Assembly: GCF_964188315.1 (NCBI RefSeq)
Contig: NC_135667.1
Span: 21,762,001-21,826,000 of the forward strand
Direction of reading: 5' to 3'
DNA: 64,000 nucleotides
DNA from: Podarcis muralis
Taxonomy: Eukaryota
Shown here: one piece after another, positions 27,201 through 39,510 of the stretch
Numbering within the stretch: position 1 is the stretch's first letter
Layout of the letters: each line of letters opens with the position of its first letter
Notes under the pieces: generated by a model
Seen by the model: only the letters and a program-made list of their open reading frames with translations
What the model was told of the DNA's origin: nothing
The model's database searches: none
Made by a program: the position numbers and the translations under genes

Positions 27201-30200
27201 CAGATCGTGAAGCTGAGGCTCCAAAACTTTGGCCACGTCATGAGAAGAGAAGACTCCCTGGAAAAGACCCTGATGTTGGGAAAGATGGAAGGCACAAGGA
27301 GAAGGGGATGACAAAGGACGAGATGGTTGGACAGTGTTCTCGAAGCTAGCAGCATGAGTTTGACCAAACTGCGGGAGGCAGTGGAAGACAGAAGTGCGTG
27401 GCGTACTCTGGTCCATGAGGTCACGAAGAGTCGGACACGACTAAACAACTAAACAACAACAACAACAAGCTGGAAATTGTGCTTTGGGCTGAACACTGCC
27501 CAAAGAAATTAAATGTGCAGATTTGAAGTGAATGTTCACTCAACATTTGAATACTTCCTTGTCTGCTAAACATTGTACCATACCTGGTTAAACCAGTTGT
27601 GCCATGTTATGCCTTCATCTCTGATAGTGAATGCTTGGTCAGCAATGCTCCCAACTTTCACAAGATGAAAGGACTGGTTTGAGTGCAGAATCCAGTTGAC
27701 AATATCCAATCCAGCTACTACCTCTCCATTCTCATTGAAGACTACTTTGTCCCCCACACTGTTGTTAAATGAAACACCTCTGAGAACGCGATGGAGCTAA
27801 ATTGAAAGAGAAAAGGTAAGACTTTAGAAAGGGCTGCATTGGGATCTTTCAGATTAAGGTTCAATGGCAGCAGCAAAACAACTTTGTATATTTGTGTGGG
27901 GAAAGGGTTATGGAAGACATGCTCATTCTTGATGATGAAGAGATTGCATGAAGGACTTGTACACGAATCTGCAAAAATTAGTACAATGTACATATAGTAA
28001 ATTAACAAACCACAAACATTAATAAAGAAAAGCAAATTGACATAGGGACTATTACCGTATATGCTGTCACATGTGGAAGGAAGAAGACAATAGTAGCAGA
28101 GTAAGAATTGGGAGAGAATACCATCCAATATACAGTGTGATGCCAAATGAAGGATTTTTAATTCAGTACCTGCCACAGCTGTTGATTTTGAAGCTTTGGT
28201 CCTCTTTCATCCACCATTCCTCTCCGTATGGGTATAGAATAGGACATGTCATGTAACGCATGGGCCACAGCATAGACAGCATTGTAGATGCTGTAGCTAT
28301 GACCAGTCATGGATAATTCAAAATAGGTTCCTGGAAGGCTTTCCATCTTCTCCCACCCTGTACAAATGTCTCCACTCACATTATCCACAACCACATTAGG
28401 GAACGTGCAGCCAAATGCCTGTTGCCAGAATGGCATTATAAAACTATCTCCTCTTCTGTTGGATGGGATTCTGCTTGCAACAAATTGGGGGAAACTAGGT
28501 ATATTACTGGAGTGAATTTTGAAGGACAGAGCTCCATGGAATGATTCGGTTTCCCAAGTTCTTTGATAGACCAATGAAGTGAACTCCACTTGTGCTGTCG
28601 TTATCCACACTGTACCTTTTGGATTTTCGCTCATGTGTTTGAGTTGGGATACATATGGAAACCATCTGAAAATGGTCATGGAATATGATTCTCCATAGGC
28701 TACCACTACATTGGCTTTGCTGGCAGTTATGGTATCATGAATTTTTGCTCCCATTTCTAGCATATCATTAATTCCACTGACAAAATTAAAACTGGGGATT
28801 TTTTCTAGGAAAGCAAAGCAGATACCATTCTTGGAAAACAGGGGAACTACAATATGTGCAAATCTTTCTCCGATGTCATTATTCATAAGAATGGCTCCAA
28901 TCCATGTCCATCTAAAATGCAGCAGCAAAGATAGAATCCCCATGTATTGTTGGCCTTCCGGAGGTGCCATCTGGTAGAAGGAAAGGCCTGGAGTTTTATC
29001 ATTCATCACAGGAGCAGAACCATAAATGAGCTAAGGAAGTATTCACAACAGGGGAGAAAGACAATAATAAGAATGTCATTTTCAAATGTAGGGGAAACCC
29101 CCAATCCACATTCAATTAATAGTTAGAACAACCATCTAAGAAAGGGAAATTTTATTGTTCCTGTGACACAGAAAGGAATCTAATATTCAGGAAATGGGAG
29201 CCAGTCTATTGTCATCTAGTGAGTGCAATGCTTAATGGATAACTGCTGTTGACTCTAATGTAAAGAAATAGACTTGAACTCAAATACCTTTGCTAGGACA
29301 CTCCATTATAATGGAGTTAAACAATTCTTCATCTCATTCCTCAAAAATGGCTGTTTCATCAATGGGGAAAGCTATATTCTAAGGTGTTTTATGAACTTGG
29401 AAGCAAGTAGTCCCCCATCTGAAAGTAAGACAAATTTTGCACTACTCTGAAGACCCTGAAAGCCACTCACCTTTTCATGAGAAGGGAAGTCTGGTGACAG
29501 TGTGTGTGTAGGTCTGTCTGTATAAGCCCCTGTCCTACTCCACAGCCTATATTTTGATATCAAATGCAATTGGCTCAGAGAGCAAGACGTATGAGGCAGT
29601 GAGAAGGTTGGTTTCATGCCCATCTCCAACATGTCAAGGTTCATAATAAATATAGATTCCCCTCCCACACTGTAGCCAAAGGGGTGAGCACTTTTTATTG
29701 CTGGTTGAACTTTTACACATGTTTGGTTCTCAGAGTGTGGACCTTGACATGCAGATAAAAAGTTAATCCTTATCTGATTAGCTGCAACATTCAGCTGCAA
29801 TGAAAGTTCATGAAGAATGTCTTTCTCAGCCAGCACAAGACAGTCATAAATAAATATAAGATCTGTGCACCTATTTCTGACCCCAATCAACGAAATGAAA
29901 ACAGAAAGAAAAAAATTCCAATACTCCACAAATAACCTACCTGTGGAATCTTATAGATATCCAAGATGGTTGCAATGTAAAGGGATACTTCAGAGTCCAG
30001 TCCTCCAATGACTGCTGTCAGACTATTCTGGACACCACATGTGAAATTGGGGACAAACCTGTCTAGAGTGGATTGAAATAGCAGAGTGGCCTGAAAGGTC
30101 CACTTTGCACTTAAATAGCTATCATAGATGTGGAAACCCAAGGTGACATTGGGTAAGAGCTGTGAGTTTTCATTGATTTCCTTCACCGCATACTCCAAGG

Positions 30201-30791
30201 CCAAGATGTGTTGGTAGTGCTTAGGCACAATGCTAGAATGAGAGATGGATTCTGTATCAGAAGGGTTTCCCTTATGTCGGTAAAAAAGAGATGAATGGAA
30301 GAAAGAAGTGGAAGAAAATGTAAAGAAGAAGAAGAAGTAACGTAGCTTTGAAAAGTGTGACTATGTGGAGTAAAGGGAGCTTCTTTTCTTCAATGTTAAT
30401 ATAATAATAATTATAATTTATTTGTATCCCGCCCTCCCCAGCTGAAGCTGAAATGTTACCATCATAACATTTTCTACAGCTCAAATGAATAACCGAGAGT
30501 TCTGCAAATCCAATACTTCATTATAATCTGATTATTCTGGTGGAAGAAAGGAAGAAAGAAAAGTCCTCACACAAGCTCTTCCAGTAATGCTGGAGGGGGT
30601 TCTTCAGTGAAGGTGAATGAGCTGGAGATGAAGCGAGCCTGAGAGACAATTCCACCAATGATAAGATCTCCTGGCTGATGGTACTTTTGAGGCGGAGGAT
30701 GAGGACTATGGACCCTGCATTGAACATTGCAAGCTTTGCATACCACGTGAGGAAGAAATACCAGCTGCAAGACCACTAAAATCGACTTCAT
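21287..30791 (-). CDS. V2R gene B, intact chimeric receptor, ~871 aa
   Basis: Exons 30571-30791, 29941-30232, 28170-29030, 27584-27796, 24637-24763, 21287-22188 (2616 nt, in frame, all GT-AG). Exons 1-3 are near-identical to gene A and exons 4-6 are near-identical to gene C. Confidence 0.92.
22274..22519. mobile_element. Tc1/mariner-pogo-type MITE
   Basis: TA-(C/G)AGTGGTACCTCGGGTT ... AACCCGAGGTGCCCCTG-TA; duplicated at 33686-33931. Confidence 0.8.
23282..23620 (+). mobile_element. CR1 LINE 3' end, 5'-truncated, absent from the duplicate unit
   Basis: ORF2 C-terminus ([44 protein letters not shown]) and an (ATTCTATG)n tail; the empty site CACATGGGCAAG is at ~34688-34699. Confidence 0.9.
23622..23905 (+). 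mobile_element. Old RTE-clade LINE 3' end (duplicate at ~34694-34975)
   Basis: C-terminal zinc-finger-like [16 protein letters not shown] and a ..GAGACAGATGAATGCCATCAACAAC tail. Confidence 0.55.
23954..24274. mobile_element. hAT-type MITE
   Basis: CAGGGGTCAGCAAC ... GTTGCCTACCCCTG, with an internal ~65-bp tandem duplication not seen in the copy at 35026-35277. Confidence 0.78.
25180..25700 (-). mobile_element. Possible old L1-like LINE ORF2 fragment (duplicate ~36150-36690)
   Basis: Remnant translation [19 protein letters not shown] resembles the post-RT region of squamate L1/Tx1; heavily degraded. Confidence 0.35.
25851..26229 (-). mobile_element. Sauria SINE, full length
   Basis: tRNA-related head (GGGACACGGGTGGTGCTGTGGTCTAAACC), core CATGCTGGCCACATGACC, BovB-like 3' end and an (ACCTTT) tail. 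Confidence 0.88.
26304..27466 (+). mobile_element. BovB (RTE) LINE, 5'-truncated with an internal deletion
   Basis: RT-region translation ([24 protein letters not shown]), (CAA)n tail and a degenerate 11-bp TSD AAACCGGAAAT / AAGCTGGAAAT; the empty site is at ~37293-37303. Confidence 0.92.
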
Positions 30792-31971
30792 GAGTACAAT
30801 GGAAATATTCCTTCTACACCCAGATTCTCTTATTTTGTTCTTCCACAGTAAAATTGGGGTTTCTGTGATGATAAGTGTCTGCTAGTTTGGTCTGCTGATA
30901 GACCAGAACCCAGGAATACCAGAGTTCAAACTGTAGAATAGAAACTATAGAATGAAAAACAGAGGTGTGCAGAAGATAGGTCAGAATCTACTAATACATG
31001 GTATTATGAGTGCAGTTCTGGTTCTGAAAAGAAATTCCAGGGCTGAGCATGTGCTCAAAGGTATCCTGTTCCCTAATCCTTAGGATATGTTGTCTCCCTG
31101 CTGCTATCTGATACCTGGCTCCACTGGTGGTTCTTGGGCTTCTAAAATAAAACAAAGGAGATTTTGCAAGCCTGATATCTGCCTGCTCCTGGTGCCAAGT
31201 GTCCAAGTCCTCTCTCTGGCTCTAAATGGTAGTGGCTATACTTATGACATTGTTCACCGTCTTATCTATTAGTTTTGCTCATGATCCCTGAAACTGTCTT
31301 GGATTTTTGAGAAGTAGCGGAGTTATAATTAGAGTTCTTTTAATAATGAGAGAAGCGGGCTATTATGGTCAAAATTGGGTATTCCTGTGGGTTTTGAGAT
31401 TGCAGCAGAATTAATCACCATCATTTTGGTCATTAAATAGGAAGTTAATCACCATCTGAAATCTGGGGAATTGCTGAAGAAATCTTGTTTTTCACATCTG
31501 AACTATAGCTTTCTCTCCTTTTAAGAGAGTAGGACTTGGAATGACAGAGAACAAGAAAATGATACCAAGAAAGCTTGCCACACTTTTGTGACATTATTTT
31601 GGTTCTTCCCAAGGCAAGGCATTTCTCAAGTGTAGATTCCAATAATAAAAGACTGGTGTGGTAGCAGAGAAGTAATGATTATACTTGTTGATGCAGCTGA
31701 GCTTCTTGAGAATATGCCAAATAAAAGACGTTTGCTCAATAATCTTTTTGGAATTTTGAAATAATATTTTAAACGGCCCCCCCCAATCCAACCCTGTGTT
31801 ATTTTTGGCTTTTGCAACCTGAGCATGCCACTGTTGCAGAGGGAAAGTCCTTTAACCTATCATACTGTGTAATGGAATACAGTTAGCAGAGCTGTCTGTC
31901 CAGGGTTATATCTTTCATTTACGGTATATACAGAAAACCCACAACTCATGCATATTAATTTGTGTTCATTT

Positions 31972-32183
31972 NNNNNNNNNNNNNNNNNNNNNNNNNNNNN
32001 NNNNNNNNNNNNNNNNNNNNNNNNNNNNNNNNNNNNNNNNNNNNNNNNNNNNNNNNNNNNNNNNNNNNNNNNNNNNNNNNNNNNNNNNNNNNNNNNNNNN
32101 NNNNNNNNNNNNNNNNNNNNNNNNNNNNNNNNNNNNNNNNNNNNNNNNNNNNNNNNNNNNNNNNNNNNNNNNNNNNNNNNNNN
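31972..32183. other. Assembly gap (212 N)
   Basis: N run at the position homologous to the first gap (left GTGTTCATTT, right TAGATGTCCAAG). Confidence 0.99.
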
Positions 32184-32282
32184 TAGATGTCCAAGAAACA
32201 ACATTGTCATTTTGAGAATTTGAAATTTTGGTTTCAGTGCAATCCCTGGAATGTAATCCTCACATAAGTTATGGGCTTACTG

Positions 32283-32547
32283 TACAGTGGCACCTCGGGT
32301 TACAGATGCTTCAGGTTACATGATTTCGGGTTGCGCATCGTGCCGAACCTGGAAGTACGGGAATGGGTTACTTCCGGGTTTTGGCGCTCGTGCATGTGCA
32401 GAAGCACTAAATTGCACTTTGGGCATGTGCAGAAGTGCCGAATCGTGACCCACGCATGTGCAGACGTGGCGCTGCGAGTTGCGAACGCTGTGGGTTGTGA
32501 ACGTGCCTCCTGCACAGATCACATTCACAACCCAAGGCTCCACTGTA
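32283..32547. mobile_element. Tc1/mariner-pogo-type MITE (duplicate copy)
   Basis: Same TIRs and TA flanks as 20885-21135. Confidence 0.8.
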
Positions 32548-32698
32548 TTTCAATGTAGCAGTTTCAGTGGTACAGACCGTAGTGCTTTTCTGGTCAAGTT
32601 TGACTTTAAATTGGCCTTTATTCTGCAGCCAGGGCATTACATAGGGTAGCTGCTGAAAATAAGATTCTCACAAACTATTGTATAAAGACACAAATTAT

Positions 32699-35600
32699 TC
32701 ATTCTTTTCTTCTTATTAGCTGTTCCTTGTTGTTCAGCTCAGGTCTCAAAATAATAATGTAGCATTTGGGGGAAAAGATGCAGCCCAGCAAGCCAGCGCT
32801 GGAGGCTAAAATGGAAAAGATCTCCACAGCAACCATGTATTTTCCCTTGGTGCTCAGGTAGGTTGGAACAAAGGACACCCAAACACTGCAAAAAACCAAC
32901 ATGCTGAAAGTTATGAACTTGGCTTCGTTGAAACTGTCCGGCAACTTCCTGGCAAGGAATGCCACAATGAAACTGACAATGGCCAAGAAGCCCATGTAGC
33001 CAAGAACAGAGTAAAACAGAGTCACAGACCCCTCATTACATTCTAGTATAATTTCATCAGTCATTGAGTGCCTGTCAGCATCTGGGAATGGAGGAGAGGT
33101 TGCCAGCCATATAGTACAAATGCCTACTTGAATAACAGAGCAGGAAAGAACAATGGTGTTAGCTAGCTTTTTCCCCACCCACTTCCTCATCCTGGATCCT
33201 GGCCTGGTGGCCATGAATGCAAGAACCACTGTGATGGTTTTTGCCAAGACACAAGAAATAGCCACAGAGAAGACACTTCCAAAAACTGTTTGTCGCAGGA
33301 GACACGTCACCATCTCAGGTCGGCCAATGAACTGTAAAGCACACAGGAAGCAGAGCAAGAGGGAGATGAGGAGAATGTAGGTGAGGTCGCGGTTGTTGGC
33401 TTTGACGATGGGAGTGTCATGGTGCTTCATAAATGTTCCTAGGTTCAGAACTGTGAGCAAAGCAAAGGACAGAGAAAAACAAGCTAAACTGACCCCTAAT
33501 GGTTCTTCATAAGCCAAGAAGGTTACAGTCTTGGGAATACAGAAATCCTGGTTTTTGTTTGGATAGTTCCCATCTGTGCATTTCTGGCAGTCGTTCATAT
33601 CTGCAACATGAAAAAGGTTTTGTCTTACGCCATTAATCTTGTAAGAAATGGCAAAATCATTCCTCCAGGACCAATAAAAACCATGTACAGTGGTACCTCG
33701 GGTTACATACGCTTCAGGTTACATACGCTTCAGGTTACACACTCCGCTAAACCAGAAATAGTGCTTCAGGTTAAGAACTTTGCTTCAGGATAAGAACAGA
33801 AATCGGGCTCCTGTGACACGGCGGCAGCAGGAGGCCCCATTAGCTAAAGTGGTGCTTCAGGTTAAGAACAGTTTCAGGTTAAGAATGGACCTCCGGAACG
33901 AATTAAGTACTTAACCCGAGGTGCCACTGTATTCAAGTTACAGGATAAATTTAATGCTGATACTCTGCAATGTGGCAGCATCTGGGTATTTAAATCTGGA
34001 GGTTTTAAAGTCATTTAAACAGATATAAGTCCAACTTTTGGTTTAGGCATGAAGATGTAGTAAACCAGCTGTGATCATAGAGCCCTGCTAATGGTGACTG
34101 GAGTCCAATTATCATTAAACCTTCAACAAAAATTGACTGCATCAGTGTATTGGACACACAGCATGCTGGGTATAGCTGACCTCACAGTAGTTTTTAAAAA
34201 ATAAAATATGTGGCATTAACATACCTATAATTATTTATATAGCTGCCACAATATTAAACATGCATACAATATTGCAAATAATGATTGTACAACTGAGCAA
34301 GAATAATCTGTTGTGAATTAGTGGTAACAATGAGTATTCAGATCTTGCAAGCATAACATACGCTTCCTGAGCAGCCTATGCAGATGTAGGTGGACAAAAC
34401 AGTTGCAAAAAGCATATGGTTGCTGCAATTTTCTGTCATTGCATCAGTTGCAAAGATGACACCCTTCTCTTTTCTCAGTGTCAGCGGTGCTAGGTGCTAC
34501 TACTTCTGAGGGTGCCTTACTTGATGTTCAAGGGAATGTAGCTTTGTTTCTAGACTCAACCCAGTGCTTGATTTAGGGATCACAGAGGAGTTTTATTTAA
34601 TCTGCATTATGGAGTGAACCTGTGCATTCCATCCCTCCCAAAGCAATGTGCAGAAATGGATTATTCTGCATCTATGCAAACTGATGTGCACATGGGCAAG
34701 AGGTGGTCCAAAGATGGTCTTCTTTATTAACAGTTTACAGTAGGGACCAGAGGAGAAATGACCACTGGGGGGAGTGCAGAGAGAAGAAAGACCATGGTGC
34801 ATCTGTAGCAACAAAACCGGACTCCTTCATCTGCCCCATCTGCAGTAAAACATGTCTCTCCTGTATCAGTTTCTACAGCAACAGCAGGCACTGCAGCTCT
34901 TCAGTGGTTTGATGTCAACCCTGAAAGTACACTCTTTCATTCTCTCCTGAGACAGATGAATGCCATCAACAACAGTTGCTGCTTGGAGCACCAAGAAAAA
35001 CCCATGCTCCATGGTTGCTCTATGTCAGGGGTCAGCAACCTTTTTCACCCATGGGCCGGTCCACCGTCCCTCAGACCATGTGGTGGGCGGGACTATATTT
35101 TTTCTGGGGGTAAGTGAACAAATTCCTATGCCCCACATGTAACTCAGAGATGCATTTTAAATAAAAGGACACATTCTACTCTTGTAAAAACATACTGATT
35201 CCCAGACCGTCCATGGGCCAGATTGAGAAGGCAACTGGGCTGCATCCGGCCCATGGGCCTTAGGTTGCCTACCCCTGCTCTATGTCATAATATGCATAGT
35301 ATATGCACATATTTCATTTTAAACTGAATTGCCCCCCCCCAGTTCACACCATCATTGGCTGTTCAAGTGCCACTAGAATCGGAAACTGCCCCCCCGGCTA
35401 CTGTTTGATAAAGTATGTGGACATGTATGTGGAAACCATCTGCTCTTACATGGCCATATCACCTTTAATACATGTTTAATCATAAAGAATGATGTCCACC
35501 ATATATAGCAAAACTTATGTCCCAGAGTGCAGAAGAGTAATAACCTCACCCCCCCCCCTTTTTAAGCAGTTCTGTATACCTATTCCTCTGGATTATATTT

Positions 35601-38600
35601 GGTCTATTTGGTAAACCAGTAGAATATATTTTTTACCCTTCTGCTCTGAAATCTTCCCTTCTGGACATGGGATGCAATCATAGCAGCAGAATGGCTCCCC
35701 CTCCTTCACCTTCTTGCTGGACCCAGGGTGGCAACTCTCAGTACATATGGAAAGAGGCTGCGTCTAATCCAAATATGAAAGAGGAGAACAATGTTCAGAA
35801 TGAAGAGCTTGGAATCCTTAAATGTCCAGGAATTTTCCATATGCTTCCAAAGTGACAAGACTATTCTGTAATGTATGAATGGGCTCAAAGCTACAACCAT
35901 TTTCTTTTTCTACAAACAATTAATACGGTACAGCGTTATTCTTTTATTTATACCTACACAGACAACATATTGTAAAAACTGAACAGGTTTCTATAAATTT
36001 GGTCGCAATTTTGCTTCCTACACAGTAGTATGGTTTCACTATTGTTGCCATCTTTTTAAAAAGAATAATTCAGAGTTGGAATATCTTTTTTCTTCCACTT
36101 TTTTTACAAGATGACAGTGATTTTGTTCACTGCCATTTCCCTCCAAATTGACTCTTGTTTTAATGCATATACTGGGCACAGTATTTTCAACAAAATACAA
36201 CATCTTATTGAAAATATTTGTAACATGGTGGCAACAATCCTATTTTTCTCTGTTAAATCTCCAAATTATGAACTCCCTTCCCCCCTAATTAATGAAATGT
36301 GATCCCTGATTTCTCCTAAGAAATCTATTAGTTTTATTATAGAAGCCAGAGGGGAGATACCTGGACTTAATTTATTTTTATACTTATCCCATATTTCTAA
36401 TAATCGTGATAGTGTCACATTCTGCTTCAGAGCTTTTCCCCTCTATTTACCCCTTAGCAAATATTTCCAATGTAATAAAAACAATAAAAACAATCTATTA
36501 CAAGGGAATAGGAGAGGGAAATGCAGAAAACAGAGGTGAAACAACAGAATATATATATAGGGTGGGAAAATGGTATATTGAACATCATTCCAGAGGTTAT
36601 AATTAAATTGCCAGTTTTCACAATTATTATTGGAAGGAGTCCTTCAAGAGGATCTGATTAGTTTCTTTTAAATCACTTCTAAAGGGGAAATCTGGACTAT
36701 TATTTCATTATCTGCTTCTCTCAGTAAGCGTAGATGGAGCAGCAGGTACCACCCCTTCCCACAAGGAAATATTCAACATGGACCCACCGGATCAACTCTC
36801 CCTCACTTGATTTCACCAGCCATGATGGGAAGGGTTTGAGAGGACATGTTAAAAAAGGTAAAGGACCCCTGAGAGTTCAGTCCATTTGCGAATGACTCTG
36901 GGGTTGCGGCGCTCATCTCACTTTACTGGCCGAGGGAGCCGGCATTTGTCTGCAGACTGTTTTTCTGGGTCATGTGGCCAGCATGACTTAGCCACTTCTG
37001 GCACAACGGAACACTGAAACCAGAGCAGCGCACGGAAATGCCGTGTACCTTACCACCATATTGGTACCTATTTATCTACTTGCACTTTGACGTGCTTTCA
37101 AACTGCTAGGTTGGCAGCAGCAGGGACTGAGCAACGGGCACTCACCCCGTCACGGGGAGACAAACTGCCAACCTTCCGATCAGCAAGCCGAAGGCTCAGT
37201 GGTTTAGACCACAGCACCACCCATGTCCCCTTGAGAGGGCATGTAGTTAGACACATTTCTGCAAGCACCCTCTTCACATAATTAGGCCATATAAGCCGCA
37301 AATTGTGCTTTGGGCTGAACACTGCCCAAAGAAATTAAATGTACAGATTAGAAGTGAATGTTCACTCAACATTTGAATACTTCCTTGTCTGCTAAAAATT
37401 GTACCATGCCTGGTTAAACCAGTTGTGCCACGTTATGCCATCATCTCTGATAGTGAATGCTTGGTCGGCAATGCTCCCAACTTTCACAAGATGAAAGGAC
37501 TGGTTTGAGTGCAGAATCCAGTTGACAATATCCAATCCAGCTACTACCTCTCCATTCTCATTAAAGAATACTTTGTCCCCCACACTGTTGTTAAATGAAA
37601 CATCTCTGAGAACGCGATGGAGCTAAATTGAAAGAGAAAAGGTAAGACTTTAGAAAGGGCTGCATTGGGGTCTTTCAGATTAAGGTTCAATGGCAGCAGC
37701 AAAACAACTTTGTATATTTGTGTGGGAAAAGGGTTATGGAAGATATGCTCATTCGTGATGACAAAGAGATTGCATGAAGGACTTGTACATGAATCTGCAA
37801 AAATTAGTACAATGTACATATAGTAAATTAACAAACCACAAACATTAAAACAGAATAGCAGATTGACATAGGGACTATTATATTCTGTCAATGTGTAAGG
37901 AAGAAGAAAATGTTAGCACAGTAAGAATTGTGAGAAAAAACCATCCAATATACAGTGTGATGCCAAATGAAGGATTTTGAATCCAGTACCTGCCACAGCT
38001 GTTGATTTTGAAGCTTTGGTCCTCTTTCATCCACCATTCCTCTCTGTTTGGGTACAGATGAGGACATATCATGTAAAGCATGGGCCACAGCGTAGACAGC
38101 ATTGTAGATGCTGTAGCTGTGACCAGTCATGGTTAATTCAAAATAAGTTCCCGGAAGGCTCTCCATCTTCTCATGCCCTGTACAAATATCTCCATTTATA
38201 TTGTCCACAACAGTATTTGGAAACTCACACCCAAATGCCTGTTTCCAGAATGCTGTAATAAAACCATCTTCTGTTCTGCTAAATTGGATTCTTGCAACAA
38301 ATTGGGGGAAACTAGGTATATTACTGGAGTGAATTTTGAAGGACAGAGCTCCATGGAATAAATCTGTCTCCCAGTTTCTTTGATAGGCCAGTGAAGTGAA
38401 TTCCACTTGTGCTGTTGTTATCCATACTGTACCCTTTGGTTTATTTCTCATGTGTTCGAGCCCTGATATATATGGAAGCCATCTGAACATTGTCATGGAA
38501 TAAGATTCTCCATACGCCACCACAATGTTGGCTTTGCTGCTCATCACTTTATCATGTATTTTTGCCCCCTGATTTATCATGTCATTAGTTTCAGAGACAA

Positions 38601-39466
38601 AACTATAACCAGGGATTCTTTCTAGGAAGGCAAAACACACACCATTCTTGGAAAACAGAGGAACTACAATTTGCACGAATTTTTCACCATTGTCATTATC
38701 CATAACAACTAGCCCAATCCACGTCCACCTAAAATGCAGCAACAAAGAGAGAATCCCCATGTACTGTTGGCCTTCCTGAGGCGCCATCTGGTAGAAGGAA
38801 AGGCCTGGGGTCTTATCATTCATCATTGGAGCAGAACCATATATGAGCTAGGCAGGTATTAATAATGGGGGAGAAAGACAATAAAAAACATGCCACTTGC
38901 AAGTATTAAAAGGAATGCACATTAAATTAATAGTTATAACTATCCACCAAGATAAATGAATGTCTTTGTTTGCATGATAGAGATAGGAATTTAATATTTA
39001 GGTAGCAGGAGGCAGCCTATGGTCATCTAGTGAGTTCAAGGTGGGACAGAGATCTGCATTAGACTCCAGTGATAGAATAGATGTTGGAGAAAAGTAGAGA
39101 CCTGAATGAAAGGGTTATCCAGGAAGGGGACAGGGGAAGGTGTTAGAGTTCACAAGTACATTTTACATGGGATGGGTATTGATAGTGGAGGATAAGAAAA
39201 CCTCCTCACTGCCACACATGATTCTCTGAAGCGCGTCTTAAAACCACAGTTGCCTTGCTGGAAATGTTGCTCTTTGGGGGAAACTCAGGTGCCAAAATTT
39301 TCTCTTCTGCACTTTGAGAAAAATAGGGAGGAGAAGGTGAACTACAGAAATTTAAAAGCATATTTCCTATGGCCATTGAGATCTGGGATAAAATAGCCTC
39401 CTCACCTGCACACATAATTCTGAGAACCTCTGGTTTTTAGGGAATTGTAGGGGAAGGGCCATAGCT

Positions 39467-39510
<44 letters not shown>

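Noticed and set aside
29372-29929. 185-aa minus-strand ORF in intron 2 of B
   Set aside because: It is interrupted in the A copy, has no recognisable domain and is intronic.
16600-37900. Regularly repeated units as a CRISPR-like or prokaryotic system
   Set aside because: The sequence is spliced vertebrate DNA; the repeats are paralogous genes and transposons, with no short repeat-spacer array.
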